Assembly: GCF_001194135.2 (NCBI RefSeq)
Contig: NC_068992.1
Span: forward strand, 4,364,066-4,428,065
Source of the DNA: Octopus bimaculoides
Lineage: Eukaryota
Direction: 5' to 3'
Length of the DNA stretch: 64,000 bases
Shown: piece after piece, positions 12,464 to 25,309 of the stretch
Layout: each line of letters begins with the position of its first letter
Numbering within the stretch: position 1 is the stretch's first letter
Notes under the pieces: model-generated
The model's input: the letters and a program-made list of their open reading frames with translations, nothing else
Told to the model about the DNA's origin: nothing
The model's database searches: none
Made by a program: the position numbers and the translations under genes

Positions 12464-13790
12464 TAAACATTCAAACACATACATACCCCACTCACACGCA
12501 CATAATTGGTGTTAAATGATTAACAATGAGTTGAGATCCAGAACATGCATTTAGTAACATATCTAAATACATTTTACATGGAATTTTCGGAAGGGACAAT
12601 TTTATAAAACGAGTAAGTGTTGTCAAGTAGCCGACTATCCCTGCTTAACAACTAACATGAAAACAGCGCCATACCTGCCGGAGTAACAATTGTAAAGCCT
12701 TTGAGCCAAGAGCGCTTTCATCAGTTTACTGCTATGGTTTAGTGATTTAGATTATCGGTCCTGGGAGAAAATTTGATCCCCGTCGGATTTGGGTGACAAA
12801 CGTGACATCTTGCTCATTATTCTAATGGTCCTGCCAATTGCTCTTCTTGATTCACCTACATTCACACATTATAACTGGATCTGAGTTGTATATCAATTTG
12901 TGGAGACGTTTTTGAGATTTTATCTCATCTAAGCCAGTCTATTAATGGAGGCTTTCCAACGATATCTATTTCAACTAGCTTTTGTGCATAGATTATTAAG
13001 GAATGCACAATGCAAGATATTTGCGTAATTTTAAACGCAACAGAATGTCATATGAAAGAATATTGTGTACTATTCCTAACAAATTCGATAACCCCTTAGA
13101 TGTTCTTCCCGCATTAGTGGAAAAGACATTTGTAATTATATATATATTTTCACATATATAAAACCTTCTAGAACATGGAATAAACCGCATTTTTCAAATG
13201 AATAAACAAATATGCAAATAAGTGTAATTTCTTTTTTGAGGCGAGATTGAATGCATAAATTTGTTATTACATACAAAAATATTGTTCCACACATGTAACG
13301 GACAGCAAATCGAATTTATTCTCTTTATAATATGATTTTTAAGGAAAAATTTTGCGGAGGGCTTAAAAGAAACATTTCACTTAAAGATTCGACTGCACGT
13401 GATGATAATTTTGCAAAAGTTGAATTTATTGTGTACATATTCATTTCTTTTAATTTATAACTTTGTCATTTTCCAATCACAGCAAAATGTATCAGGCTCT
13501 TGACAGATTCTATGCAATCTTGTCGGTAGATGGCGCTGCTGGTAGAGTTGGTGGGTCTACTTAATATAATTATGACGTACTTAGTCGGTGAGTGGATTAC
13601 GAAAATTTAAATACTTAGTGACTTGTTAGAAGTGATGTAAGGAGAAAGTGGAGAAGAAAAAGCGAAGAATTATTACCAGAACCGCAGCTTCCACCATCAT
13701 CACCTGCATATCACCAGCGGTTTCCTCATCGGCACACCACAAGCAGCTGCACTACCAAGTGCACATCACCACCACCACCAGCAGCATTAC

Positions 13791-13855
<65 letters not shown>

Positions 13856-13873
13856 TAATAATAATAATAATAA

Positions 13874-14018
13874 GCACTATTAGGCAGCGCGCACATCCTA
13901 CATAAATCTCTTTCAATACAGTAACCATAAGAGCATCATAGCAAATCACAGCACATACCCAAGGCACACAGAGCTGTGCTCGGTAGTGCAGTGAAAGCAT
14001 GTGGTAAAAATATGACAA

Positions 14019-14022
<4 letters not shown>
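13874..14022 (+). mobile_element. R4/Dong-clade non-LTR retrotransposon, extreme 3' fragment inside (TAA)n
   Basis: Translates ALLGSAHILHKSLSIQ* (C-terminus typical of the restriction-like endonuclease ORF end), then about 100-nt 3' UTR; (AAT)n at 13788-13873 and 14022-14086. Confidence 0.75.
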
Positions 14023-14086
<64 letters not shown>

Positions 14087-15129
14087 GTTTTTGAAGCAGC
14101 AACCAAATTTCTTACGGATCTCAGTATACGGTCTTAACTTAGGAAAGAACACATTGGACCTTCTACAAAATGGTTAGTTCGTCGTTGATGCAATGGATTT
14201 TACCAAAGGTCTGCTAGGGCAGGTTTGATCTAGAACGAAATATAAACATCATCAACAAAAGTAATAGTTGCAGCAAACAACAACAACAACAAAAACAACA
14301 GCAGTAGCAGCAGCAGCAGAAGCCACTGTAGTTGCAGCAAGAAGACAACGGCAGCAAACAGCAAAAAAAAAACAAAAAAAAACAGAACAACACAAGTAGA
14401 AATTAGCAAAAGAAACCAGTAATCCAGAGAAATTCCCCCCCCCCCAACTTTCTCACCAACCTTCTACACCCTTCNNNNNNNNNNCCCCCCCCCCCAACTT
14501 TCTCACCAACCTTCTACACCCTTCCAGAACCTTTCTGCCCCGCCTAAGTCTAACAACTACAACCACTACAAACATAAACACACAAGTAGTATGTTGCAAA
14601 TAAAGTAACTGCGGAATACTCTAATCCCTTCCTCCTTTCTTCAAAACAACCACCAAGCTTCCTCCTCCTCTTCCGCCTCCTGCTCCTCCTCCGCTTCCTC
14701 TTCCTGCTCCTCCTCCTGCATAGTAGCCATCACCGTCACCATCCCCGACGCATATATCTAATTGCATTTTCTTTTTAGTTAACAAACGAAGAGGAAGCCA
14801 AAGAAACAGCAATTTCGAATAGAATCTTGATGGAAATTTCTCTAAAATAATGACATTGCTTCTTAATTGGATCTATTCATACATATTCATGTTTTAAACT
14901 GTTTAAACACTCTATAGATTTATAGCTCTTATTTTATTATTAGCATCGTGACGTCGTATCGTCGACGCCGAACTAATTTGTTATGGCGGCGGATATGCAT
15001 GCTGTTTGCATTTGTTGTTGCTTGTTGTTGTCAACGTTGTTTGTTGTTTTTCTCCCATTTTTGGTCATTGCTGTTGTTGTTCTTGTTCCCATTGCTCTGC
15101 TTGATGTTTCATCTGTTCAATTTTCACTT

Positions 15130-16581
15130 CTCTGTCACCCCCTCCTTTCTCTCTCTCTCTGTATTTCTCTGTCAGTCTCTATGCCTCTGTTTCCCCTCAA
15201 TGCGCGGATGTGTTTCACTTTTTTCACTGGGTATAATTATGTGTCTATCTTTCGCTGTGTTTTTATATCTTGCCTCTCATCAGAACTTTGTCTCTTTATA
15301 TCTGACTATGTATGTGTGTGTGTGTGTCTGTGTCTCTCTTCCTCCGAGTACATGTCTCACTCTTTCCTACACTTTTATGTGTGTATATCTTTCATTCAGT
15401 GTATGCATGTACGTATCTCTCTCTCTCTCACACTGCGTATATTTGTATCTCACTCACCACTCAATCACTCACTCGCTCACTCACCACTCATTCACCACTC
15501 AGTCACTCCCTCACTCACTCAAACAATGTGTCTTTCACTCTTTCTCATACTCCGTATGTGTGTCGTACTCTCTCACTCTGTCTATGCTTGTCTCTGTCTG
15601 TTTTTTTTTGTGTATCTCTCATCCTCTTTCTCCCTTGCTGTGTGAATGCGCATGCGCATCTTTCTCTCGCTCACAGAATGTATAACAATTTCTCTGGTCA
15701 TTCTTGTTGGTCTTACTCTCTCTCTCCCTCTCCATCTCCCTCCTTATCCTTGTCTCTATCCCTCTCTATATCCCCTCCCTAATATCTCAATATATTTCCC
15801 TCATAGTTTCTTACTATTCTCACTCTCCTCTCCTCTCACCCCAACTCTTTTTCTCTCTACACCCATCTCCCGCATATCTCCTCTTTCTCCTCCCCCTTTT
15901 AATACCCCCTTATATCTGCTTCTCGTTCTATATCATAGCCTCTTCCTATCCTCTTCAAACCGATTTCTCTCTCTCTCTCTCTCTCTCTCAGCTTCTCTCT
16001 TTGAAATATGTCTATATTCTCTCTCTCTATAATAGTTTCCTCTTAATCACTGCAAAACTCTCGTACCATCACTCACTCTCCCCCTCTCTCTCTCTCTCTG
16101 ATATTTCACACTGTATCACTCTCTATCTCCCTCTCAGTTTTGTCTTTATATCTCTCTCTATCATACATTCTTCAGACCCCTCCCCAACTCCCCCTCTCTC
16201 TCTTTCAATCCGTTTGACATCCCTTCTTCTAGTTTCTGACCCAGGTTTCCTCGTATTTTCTCTCCCTTCCCCATCTCTTATCCTCTCTCATTTTTCTCTC
16301 TCATATCTCTTTGTACCTTTCTTTCACTCATCCGTACTTTATAATATTCTCTCGTTCTTTCTCCTCCTGATTTCCTCACACTCACCTCCAGCTCGCTTCC
16401 TCCCTCTCTATCTTCATACTATCTCCGCCTCACCTCCCTCTCTCTGTTATTTCTCTCTGCTGTTTCTCCAAGACTTTCTCCCTCCCACCATTCTCTTCCT
16501 TTCTAACTCACATCTATCAATGACTCTCTTTATGATTGCACTGCACTCCAAATGATACCCCTTCTTACATATTCTTCCCCT

Positions 16582-16612
<31 letters not shown>

Positions 16613-17015
16613 TGCATGTAAGACACACAGAGCCACCTCCTATTCTCTCCTCCTCCCACTTCACCTTCCTTTTCTCTTTCTCCATTCTCCTCCTCCTCTG
16701 ATATTCACTCCTCACCCTCACCCCCCCCATTTCTAGTCACACAACTCATTTACTATGGTATCACAGAGAAATCTCTGTCAACAACTTAAATACCTAATTC
16801 TTACATCTGTATTCTTTTGATGTTCTCTCACTTAAAATTTACATTTATTCACGTTAATGTCTTGCTTTCCTTCTTTTAATTTATTATTACTGTTTGTTTT
16901 GTTTTCATTACACTTTTAATGTACATAGAACTCTATATCTGTTCTAACATATACCCTCTCTTACCCTCTCACTTCACCCCTCTCAATATTTCTTACCATC
17001 TCTTATGTTTATCAA

Positions 17016-17068
<53 letters not shown>

Positions 17069-17508
17069 TGTATGTATGTATATAGATGTGTGTTTGTGTG
17101 TACGATACGTGTGTGTACATATATAATTGTGTATGATTAGATGTATATATATATGGATGTGTGTGTATGTATGTATCTATCTATATACATACATACATAC
17201 ATACATGCATACGCATGCACATATATATTCTGTCTTGCTCTCACCTTTTCTCTTTCTTTGTCTCTCACCATTCCCCGCCTCTATATTTATCTCATATATT
17301 TCTTCTTCTTCTTCTTCTTCTTCTTCACCACTTGTTCCTCCTCCTCCTCGTCCTCCTTCCCCTCCTCCTTCCCTTCTTCTCTTCCTCCACCTTCTTTCTT
17401 CTTCTTCTTCTTCTTCTCCTCCTCCTCCCCCTCCTCCTTCTTCATCTTGTTGTTGTTGTTGTTGTTGTTCTTCTTTTTCTTCTTCTTCTTCTTCTTCTTC
17501 TTCTTCTT

Positions 17509-17539
<31 letters not shown>

Positions 17540-18350
17540 TTCTTCATCATCATCATCATCTTCTTCTTCTTCTTCTTCTTCTTCTTCTTCTTCTTTTTCT
17601 TCTTCTTTTTCTTCTTCTTCTTCTTCTTTTTCTTCTTCTTCTTCTTCTTCTTCTTCTTCTTCTTCTTCTTCTTCTTCACTCTCTCTCCCTCCTTCTTCCT
17701 CTCCCTCTCCCTCTCTCTTTCAGTGTCTCATTATCTCTCTTCTCTCTATTCATTATATACACCTATCTCTTCTCTCACATATCGTCTTCTTTCTCTCTTA
17801 CTTTTCCTCACATCACGTCTCATCATCTATCTTATACACACACACACACACACTCTCTCTCTCTCAATCTCTGAGTCTCTCTCTCTCTTACTCTTTGCCT
17901 TTCCTTTACTCTTATACTATGTTACAATCTTATCTATCCACCAGAATTATTTCTATTCTCACATACATCCTCTCTACATACGTCTCTCTCGCTCTTTCTC
18001 TCTCTCTCCCAGTCTCTCAACACCTCTCTCTATCTAACACAGATATTATATATTTCTTTACTCCTACCACTATATCTCGCTCCTTCTCTCTCTCTCTCTC
18101 TCTCCCTCTTCCTCTGTATTTCCTTCTTGCTACCTCTACATCTCTTTCTCTCTCTATGTTCTCACTATATTTTCTCATCATATGCTTTCTCCTCTCTCCT
18201 ATCTCCACCTCTCATATGCCCCCTTCATATAAGCTACATTTTAGTCACACACAGTTTCTACTCACTCTCATATACATCCTTTCAGTAACTCGCTCTACTC
18301 TACCCTTGCCCTATCAACCACCCTTGCCATTACTTATCCTCAAATATAAA
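15130..18350. repeat. Pyrimidine-rich low-complexity block, degenerate (CT)n, (TCAC)n and (TTC)n
   Basis: Direct reading; (TTC)n core at about 17300-17680. Confidence 0.9.
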
Positions 18351-18359
18351 TATATTTGT

Positions 18360-18386
18360 TATAAAATGAGCTCTCCTAACAAACGC

Positions 18387-18435
<49 letters not shown>

Positions 18436-18490
18436 GGATTTTTAGATAGATAGATAGATAGATGCGTTTGTTAGGAGAGCTCATTTTGTA
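18360..18490. repeat. Near-perfect fold-back inverted repeat around (TCTA)n/(TAGA)n
   Basis: aaaatgagctctcctaacaaacgca-(tcta)n ... (taga)n-tgcgtttgttaggagagctcatttt. Confidence 0.9.
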
Positions 18491-18510
18491 GAAAAAAAGA
18501 GTACAGAAAA

Positions 18511-18710
18511 TATTGATTTCAAATTTTGGAAAAGTCCAGCACTTTCGCGGATGGGATAATGTCAATTACCTCGACTTCAGTGTTCGACTATTACTTACTT
18601 TATCGACCACGAAAGACAATGTCGCTCTCAGCAGAATTTGAACTCGGAACATAAAGATGGGCAAAATACCGCTAAGTCCTGTGTGCTAACGATTCTGTCA
18701 CTACTCAGCC
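18511..18710 (-). mobile_element. SINE family A
   Basis: tatcgaccacgaaag...gaatttgaactcggaac...gtgctaacgattctgtca. Confidence 0.75.
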
Positions 18711-19222
18711 ATATTTATGAGAAGAGAAAATATTAAAATTGCTAAAGCTAGTTCGTGAAAAGACAGGAACATTTTTTCATATCGTTTTAGCGTTATATTC
18801 TTAAATAACACTCTCAGTAGTGGAATAGATTATAGACGTAAGAGGATTCTTTCAACAAATAATCTCAGTTTTAAATTAAAATAGGACAAAAAGAAAGGAA
18901 AAAAACCTACGCTAGATCACCTGTAAACCCTAAACATTTTACCAGCAAAATGCAAAACGAAGTATAAAAGTATGCTGCAATAGCAGGCCTCACCTCTAAA
19001 TTAAACAACATGGCTTAACGGATTTAATATGTGAAGAAGGACGATTGGGAAAAATTGAACGGAATCTATGTAGCAGAAAAAGGCTTTAAGTTTAGCTGTA
19101 ATATTCTCTGAGCACAGGATGATACTGAACAGAAACATCTATTTTTTATCAGCATGACCAACATAAACATCTCGGTTAAATGAAGTGCTGTTGTTTCCAC
19201 AAATCCTTATAATTCTTTCTTG

Positions 19223-19604
19223 TGGAGGCGCAATGGCCCAGTGGTTAGGGCAGCGGACACGCGATCGTAGGATCACGGTTTCGATTCCCAGATCAGGCGT
19301 TGTGAGTGTTTATTGAGCAAAAAACACCTAAAGCTCCACGCGGCTCCGGGAAGGGGTGGTGGCGAACTCTGCTGTACTCTTTCACCACAACATTCTCACA
19401 CTCTTTCTTCCTGTTTCTGTTGTAGCTGTATTTCAAAGGGCCAGCCTTGTCAAACTCTGTGTCACGCTGAATCTTCACTGGAAAATTGCGTTAAGGGTAC
19501 ACGTGTCTGTGGAGTGCTCAGCCACTTGCACATCAATTTCACGAGCAAGCTGTTCCGTTGATCGGAGCAACTGGAACCCTCGACGTCGTAAGCGACGGAG
19601 TGCC
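19223..19604 (+). mobile_element. tRNA-derived SINE family B, near full length
   Basis: Head ggaggcgcaatggcccagtggttagggcagcgg...ggtttcgattccc; aligns to the reverse complement of 2851-3228. Confidence 0.9.
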
Positions 19605-19610
19605 ACGATA

Positions 19611-19746
19611 ATACTTATTTTATCGTCTCCAAAACTATGAAAAACCAAGTCGGCCTTAGCGGTATTTGGACTTATAACGTAAATCCGGAAGAAATACCAC
19701 TAAGCATTTTGTCCGTGGTGCAGTAATAATTCTGCCAGCTCACCGA
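19611..19746 (-). mobile_element. SINE family A, 5' half, tail-to-tail with family B copy
   Basis: tacttattttatcgtctcc...ggtatttggactta...attctgccagctcaccg. Confidence 0.7.
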
Positions 19747-20090
19747 CATTATAATCATTATAACGCAATGCTCAGCAGCTAAGGTAATCAGTTGCTACAC
19801 CAGAGCTTGGAGTAATTTTATTCGTATGTCGAAATAAGTTAATACCAACGTATCATATTTATGATGTGCATTTACATCTCATTAGATCAGCTTTGTAAAT
19901 ATGCACGCGAATCCGCTTAGACCTCAAGACGAAATGAATAAAATCACACACATAGATGTACATGATAATGCATGTATACACACACACATGCACAAACATA
20001 CACACACACACATACATATGATATAAGGCGAAGTAGCAGAATTGTTAGTGCGCAGGCCAATGTTCTTAGCAGCAATTTTGTCCGTCTTCA

Positions 20091-20479
20091 CGTTCTGAGA
20101 AAGTATTTTTTATACACGTATAGAGTTAAAAAAAGAAAAACAGGAAAATCATTCAGTATATTGGTGTGTCTGGGGAGAGTCATTCTCTTTTGGTGCCTTA
20201 TAATTAAACACACTCACCAGTCAAATCATTGAAAAGGTTGCAAGACGCAACGAAAGCTTTAGAAAAATAAAGAAGAAATGTGGAAATTTTACCGGTAAGT
20301 GTGTTCAATTATAGGGCACCAAAAGGGAATGACTCTCCCCAGGCACAACAAAATATGTTTCAACACACGAACTCACATGAAGAATCTTGCCAACCAAATC
20401 CCAAAACGAAACATTCAGTATTTGATATATTCCTGTCTTTTTAATGCTGTACGTGTATAAAATACGCTTTCTCCAGACG
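20091..20479. mobile_element. Fold-back element with about 130-bp inverted arms and a hammerhead-like motif in the spacer
   Basis: Left arm 20091-20221 matches the reverse complement of 20291-20479 (right arm has an insertion of about 60 bp); interrupts a SINE-A head at 20016-20098. Confidence 0.75.
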
Positions 20480-20875
20480 AATGTCGCATTTTTGAAGGCT
20501 TTCAATAGAATATATTTTCTAAGACTGATAAACAGATTAGTAATTTGAATTGATCTGCTTCTCTCAGTAATAGCAAATTGATATATAAGTTTAATTTGTT
20601 GCTTTACCACTATAGTAGGTTTAGAGCTTCATAATTCAGGTGTTATTAGCCGCTAGCTTCACTTTGTTCTGACAAGATATACTTAGATGCTATCTATATG
20701 TCTAGACATGATATAAAACGGTCAAATTTCCAACAGCCACCTACAGAGTTTATATTTTAAGTGTATATAGTTCTCACTAAAAAAAAAAAAACAACTTTCA
20801 GGATAAGAATTACTGAAACAGGTGTAGGATTAGATTTTTCTATTCGTACAAACATACATGTCAACACCGGTATTG

Positions 20876-20960
<85 letters not shown>

Positions 20961-22049
20961 TTCCTTATATATATAGGTGTGCACGCCTATCTATAGATGG
21001 TATATGTGTACATACACATATAGACGTGTATATGTGTGTGTTTTTGTGTCTATGTAAGCGTGAGTTTCTTTGTCTTCATTTATACTTTTTTTTACATGCA
21101 ACTTTAAGCATGTCGATTTAGTACGCTTTGGTCTTTTGTCAGTTTAAAAGTAACTCAAATGTCTATTATATTTTTATCGTAACTTTGGAACAGTAGGTCT
21201 TTATTATTGTCTTTTGACACAATAGAATTTGACTTAAGTCTGATATGATTGTTATTTGTAGCTTGCTGTATGCTTGATTAAATGGCTGTGATAGTGTAAA
21301 GCTCAACAGAACAGACCCATAGTTAAACGCTTCCCAGCAGTGGCCATTCCGTTGATCAGTTCAAAGTGAAATTAATCACTAAGTTATATTCGTCTTTGTA
21401 ACGCTAAAATATAACTCACTTATTAGAATTAGCGTCTCCTTCTATTAAAAATCTTTGTAAAGACTTGGTTGTTATATTTCATGCAAATGACGTGTCTTGA
21501 TATGGTGCGTCAGCTTATATGAAACCATTTGCATTTCAATAATGTAGCTTGATAATGCAGTACTGTAAAAGTTCCGGTTTAGTACATAAGCACAATGATA
21601 TCTTATCACCAATTTGCAAGGATGGAGGATATTATGCTAGCTTGAAGAGGTCTAATAGATCCAAAACACGTCCAGTGGTTTCACCCGCACCTACCTAAAC
21701 CTTATTAAACTAGTGTTTTCTTCTCAGATTATGAATATGAATATTTAATTAGATTTCCCCTATCATTTCATGAAGTTGTCTTGTATTGATTTGATTTATA
21801 GTTTTCAAGCAGATGGTGCACCTGGATGGATAATTTGCATTAGTCATTATGATAATTTGTGACATCACTAATGTTGATTGTCAAGTCTGACTCCCGTCAT
21901 TATGCGTAAATATATTAGATTATCATCAAATGTCAGAACACTTATTGAATACAAAAGATTGTTTTCTCTGATATATGTATTAGACAAGTCATGTTACATC
22001 CACTCGCACAGAAAGATTCTACCACTTATAACATACAATCTTTGTAAGA

Positions 22050-24350
22050 AATCTCTATGCATTTGTTCAGCCAGTAAATTTACAGCTAAAGTTTCTTCAA
22101 ATACTATATAATATCTTTAAAATGGTCAAATACTGAATATCAGTCGATATCGGATACAAGCCAGAATAGCAGTCAAAAGACGAAATTTCGATACACAAAA
22201 AGTTTTCTCGCAGCACATAAAGATATCATAGAAAAATAGAAGTAAAATCTGAACACTTAACAAACCTTAATACCTGTCCAAAAGTAAGATTTCTGTAGTT
22301 AGTTTTCAAAACTCAGCAAACTCTTACAGACAATTTAGAAATACACATTTGTGTAACTTATGCAACAACGAAAAGAACACCGTCCAATTAAATAATGAAT
22401 GCTATTTACGTCATCACAGACTCTGACAGAGATCAGGAAAATATACACGCCTCTTGCTCACAAATATACATACATGCACTGATATAAAGAAAATGAGTAA
22501 TCATTACATTAGAAAATCTAGAAATTCTTTAATAGATCAGTAAATGTATTAAAAACACCTTCATATAATTAAAAATATCGCACTCAATCTCGTCGGCAAT
22601 AATGAAGAAACATTCTTAAAACCTCAACCAGAATACTTTCCATTATAAATCGCATAGTGGTTTGACTAAAGAGAGGCTTCCTGAGTGAGATAGTGTTATA
22701 ATGATGTATTAAATCTTCTATCCAATATATAAATATCACAACTGGTATACACGAAAAGAAAATGTACGGATTAATACTAGATACGTTTGCTTACAAGATC
22801 TAAATCAGTAAAATGCGATACTTCAGAATGATGAGCTTTCGCATATCGCTAGTGAGCGCACCCGGCTCGCCACACCGGGTTACCTAATGGAACCTCCACA
22901 CTTTGATAATCACATAAACACCCTGAGGGAGTTGGTTCATTGTAATTGAACATAAACTACATTAAAATTGACCCGTACTGTATCACGAGTCATACACACC
23001 ACCAAGCCAAATATAAGAAAAACACATTTTGCCTCACACGTCGAAGTACAAAAACAATTTTAAAAATATTTTCTTAACTTTTCGCGGATCAACATACTCG
23101 CACATTGATATAGAAAGCAAATAAGAAACAAAAATTGATAAAAGCGATATGGAATGCATTTTAAACAATAATCACAATCAAAGTTTTTAGAGTACAACAA
23201 CAATCCAATCAACATCAGAGATAGAACAATAAATAATAAATACTAATACAATTATAGATGTATCGAAAACGCACGCGCATATTATGGAAGGTGACGTAGA
23301 AAGGAAATGTGAGCTCATGGAAATAAACCGAACGTAGAAGTGGTCTTAAACATGATACGTCAAAATGACGCCACACAATAAAACTCCGTTCCAAACGATT
23401 AAATAAGAAGGAAATAGATTAAACAACAGACGAATGACTTTTCTATTCATACCCTAACATATACTATGATATCTAATACTTCATATTGCTAAGCCAGACA
23501 ATCCCTTCCCCCACCAAAAATATATGGGATTGAAATAATTACATTCATCCATACCGTTACACAGAAACCTCACTGAAAACGCCATGGCTTCAAGAACTGG
23601 GAAACCTACTGTTCAAAGGTTGCGACTCTATTCGCTGCTATCAACATATCGAAAGAAAAAAACAAAAACCTAGAAAATTTATTTACCATTTTATGAAATT
23701 TCACATTACGCTAGAGAGCAGACAATTTCCATGCCGACAACTGCGTAATGTAACACAACACTTCCTGAACCCGCAATTTCCTGACATGTCATGTCGTCTT
23801 GTGCTTTTAACCTTTATCTTTATGATTTATCCAAACGTACATAAAAGCTTATGTAGATCGTTTTTGTCTCACATAATCCAACATCACTCAAAATACCGAT
23901 GCACATCTACTGCGACCATATATAAAATCACAAGTCTACGAATACTACATTAAACTTACTGTAACACCTTCGATTTTCTTGGAAAACCAGAGAAACACCA
24001 AACGAATGAAACAACATTAATTAACAAGAGAATCATCCTAGACACATAGGCGTCAATAATGTTACAACTTTACATTCATCTCCTTACAGCACTTACAATA
24101 TTCACAATAATTTACAAAGACGCATTCAAAGTAAAAAGCATAGTAATACACTAAATTACACTAAAAACATTTAACCAACACACAAAATAAAAATAATTGT
24201 ACAAACAATACTTTACATCCATCCTGGCCTATACAATTTTCGCCTGAGTATCCAATCTGTCTAATTCCAAGCATCGTACTGTGTCATCTCATATGCTTCA
24301 TGGTATATATCGACACGGCACACAAGACATGGAAATAAAAACAAAACAAA
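22050..24350 (+). mobile_element. Possible heavily decayed LINE body (L1/Tx1-like?)
   Basis: About 2.3 kb of A/C-rich, microsatellite-free, coding-like composition; only faint RT-like traces (LKRG near 22670, AY near 22790) with many stops. Motifs are weak. Confidence 0.25.
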
Positions 24351-24515
24351 AAGAGAGACGATTTGAATATGCGAGAGAGACAGTTTGCTATCACAAACCA
24401 TTTCAAGCCACATTGTTCCTCTCTCTAAACAACCAGGCCATGTACAGCACCTGAGGACATCATGTAACCACTAACTCCCCCACTCAACCTGGGTGTGCAA
24501 AAATGTATATGTATG

Positions 24516-24548
<33 letters not shown>

Positions 24549-24557
24549 GTATACATA

Positions 24558-24634
<77 letters not shown>

Positions 24635-24790
24635 TATAGATAGATACACATAATAGAATCAAGCAAAGGTAATACACCTCATTAAGGGATAATAAAATCC
24701 AATGAAAATACTGGTTAGTTACCAATCTATAGAAAGTTCAACTATAAGGTTACCATAGAAAACATGGTTCGTATATTTATATATTTAAAA

Positions 24791-25036
24791 AATAAGGAGA
24801 AAAATGGCGAGGTAATTAATAAATTTTTTATTAATTATGAAATACGACATCTCTGTTAACATTTTATAGCCGTTATCTCAACATGTATTTCTAATCGGTA
24901 TGTCTTTACTACCTCTGAAGAGATTCATCTTCTAATGATTTTAATTTTTGTAAATTAATTATCTAAAGATTTCTGAATCGAAACAGCTACCAGAGATGTC
25001 ATATTTAATTAATTACGTCTCCATTTTCTCCTTATT
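24791..25036. mobile_element. Inverted-repeat element with hammerhead-like motif, between (TA)n arrays
   Basis: Arms aataaggagaaaaatgg...gacatctctg (24791-24855) and cagagatgtc...ccattttctccttatt (24991-25036); CTGAAGA-GATTCA...TGAATC-GAAAC-AGCT at 24915-24988. Confidence 0.65.
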
Positions 25037-25057
25037 CTTTATATATATATATATATA

Positions 25058-25270
25058 TACTCTTTTACTCTTTTACTTGTTTCAGTCATTTGACTGCGGC
25101 CATGCTGGAGCACCGCCTTTAGTCGAGCTAATCGACCCCGGAGCGTATTCTTTGTAAGCCTAGTACTTATTCTATCGGTCTCTTTTGCCGAACCGCTAGG
25201 TGACGGGGACACAAACACACCAGCATCGGTTGTCAAGCAATGCTAGGGGGACAAACACAAACACACACAT

Positions 25271-25309
<39 letters not shown>

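Noticed and set aside
13520-13545. CTCF-like TAGATGGCGC motif
   Set aside because: Only a partial match; not distinguishable from chance without ChIP data.
14445-14525. Direct duplication of cccccccccccaactttctcaccaaccttctacacccttc
   Set aside because: The two copies flank a 10-N gap, typical of an unmerged contig overlap; treated as an assembly artefact.
19223-19300. tRNA gene
   Set aside because: A and B boxes are present but the sequence continues into a SINE body found in several copies, and no complete cloverleaf is evident. The same applies to the other SINE heads.
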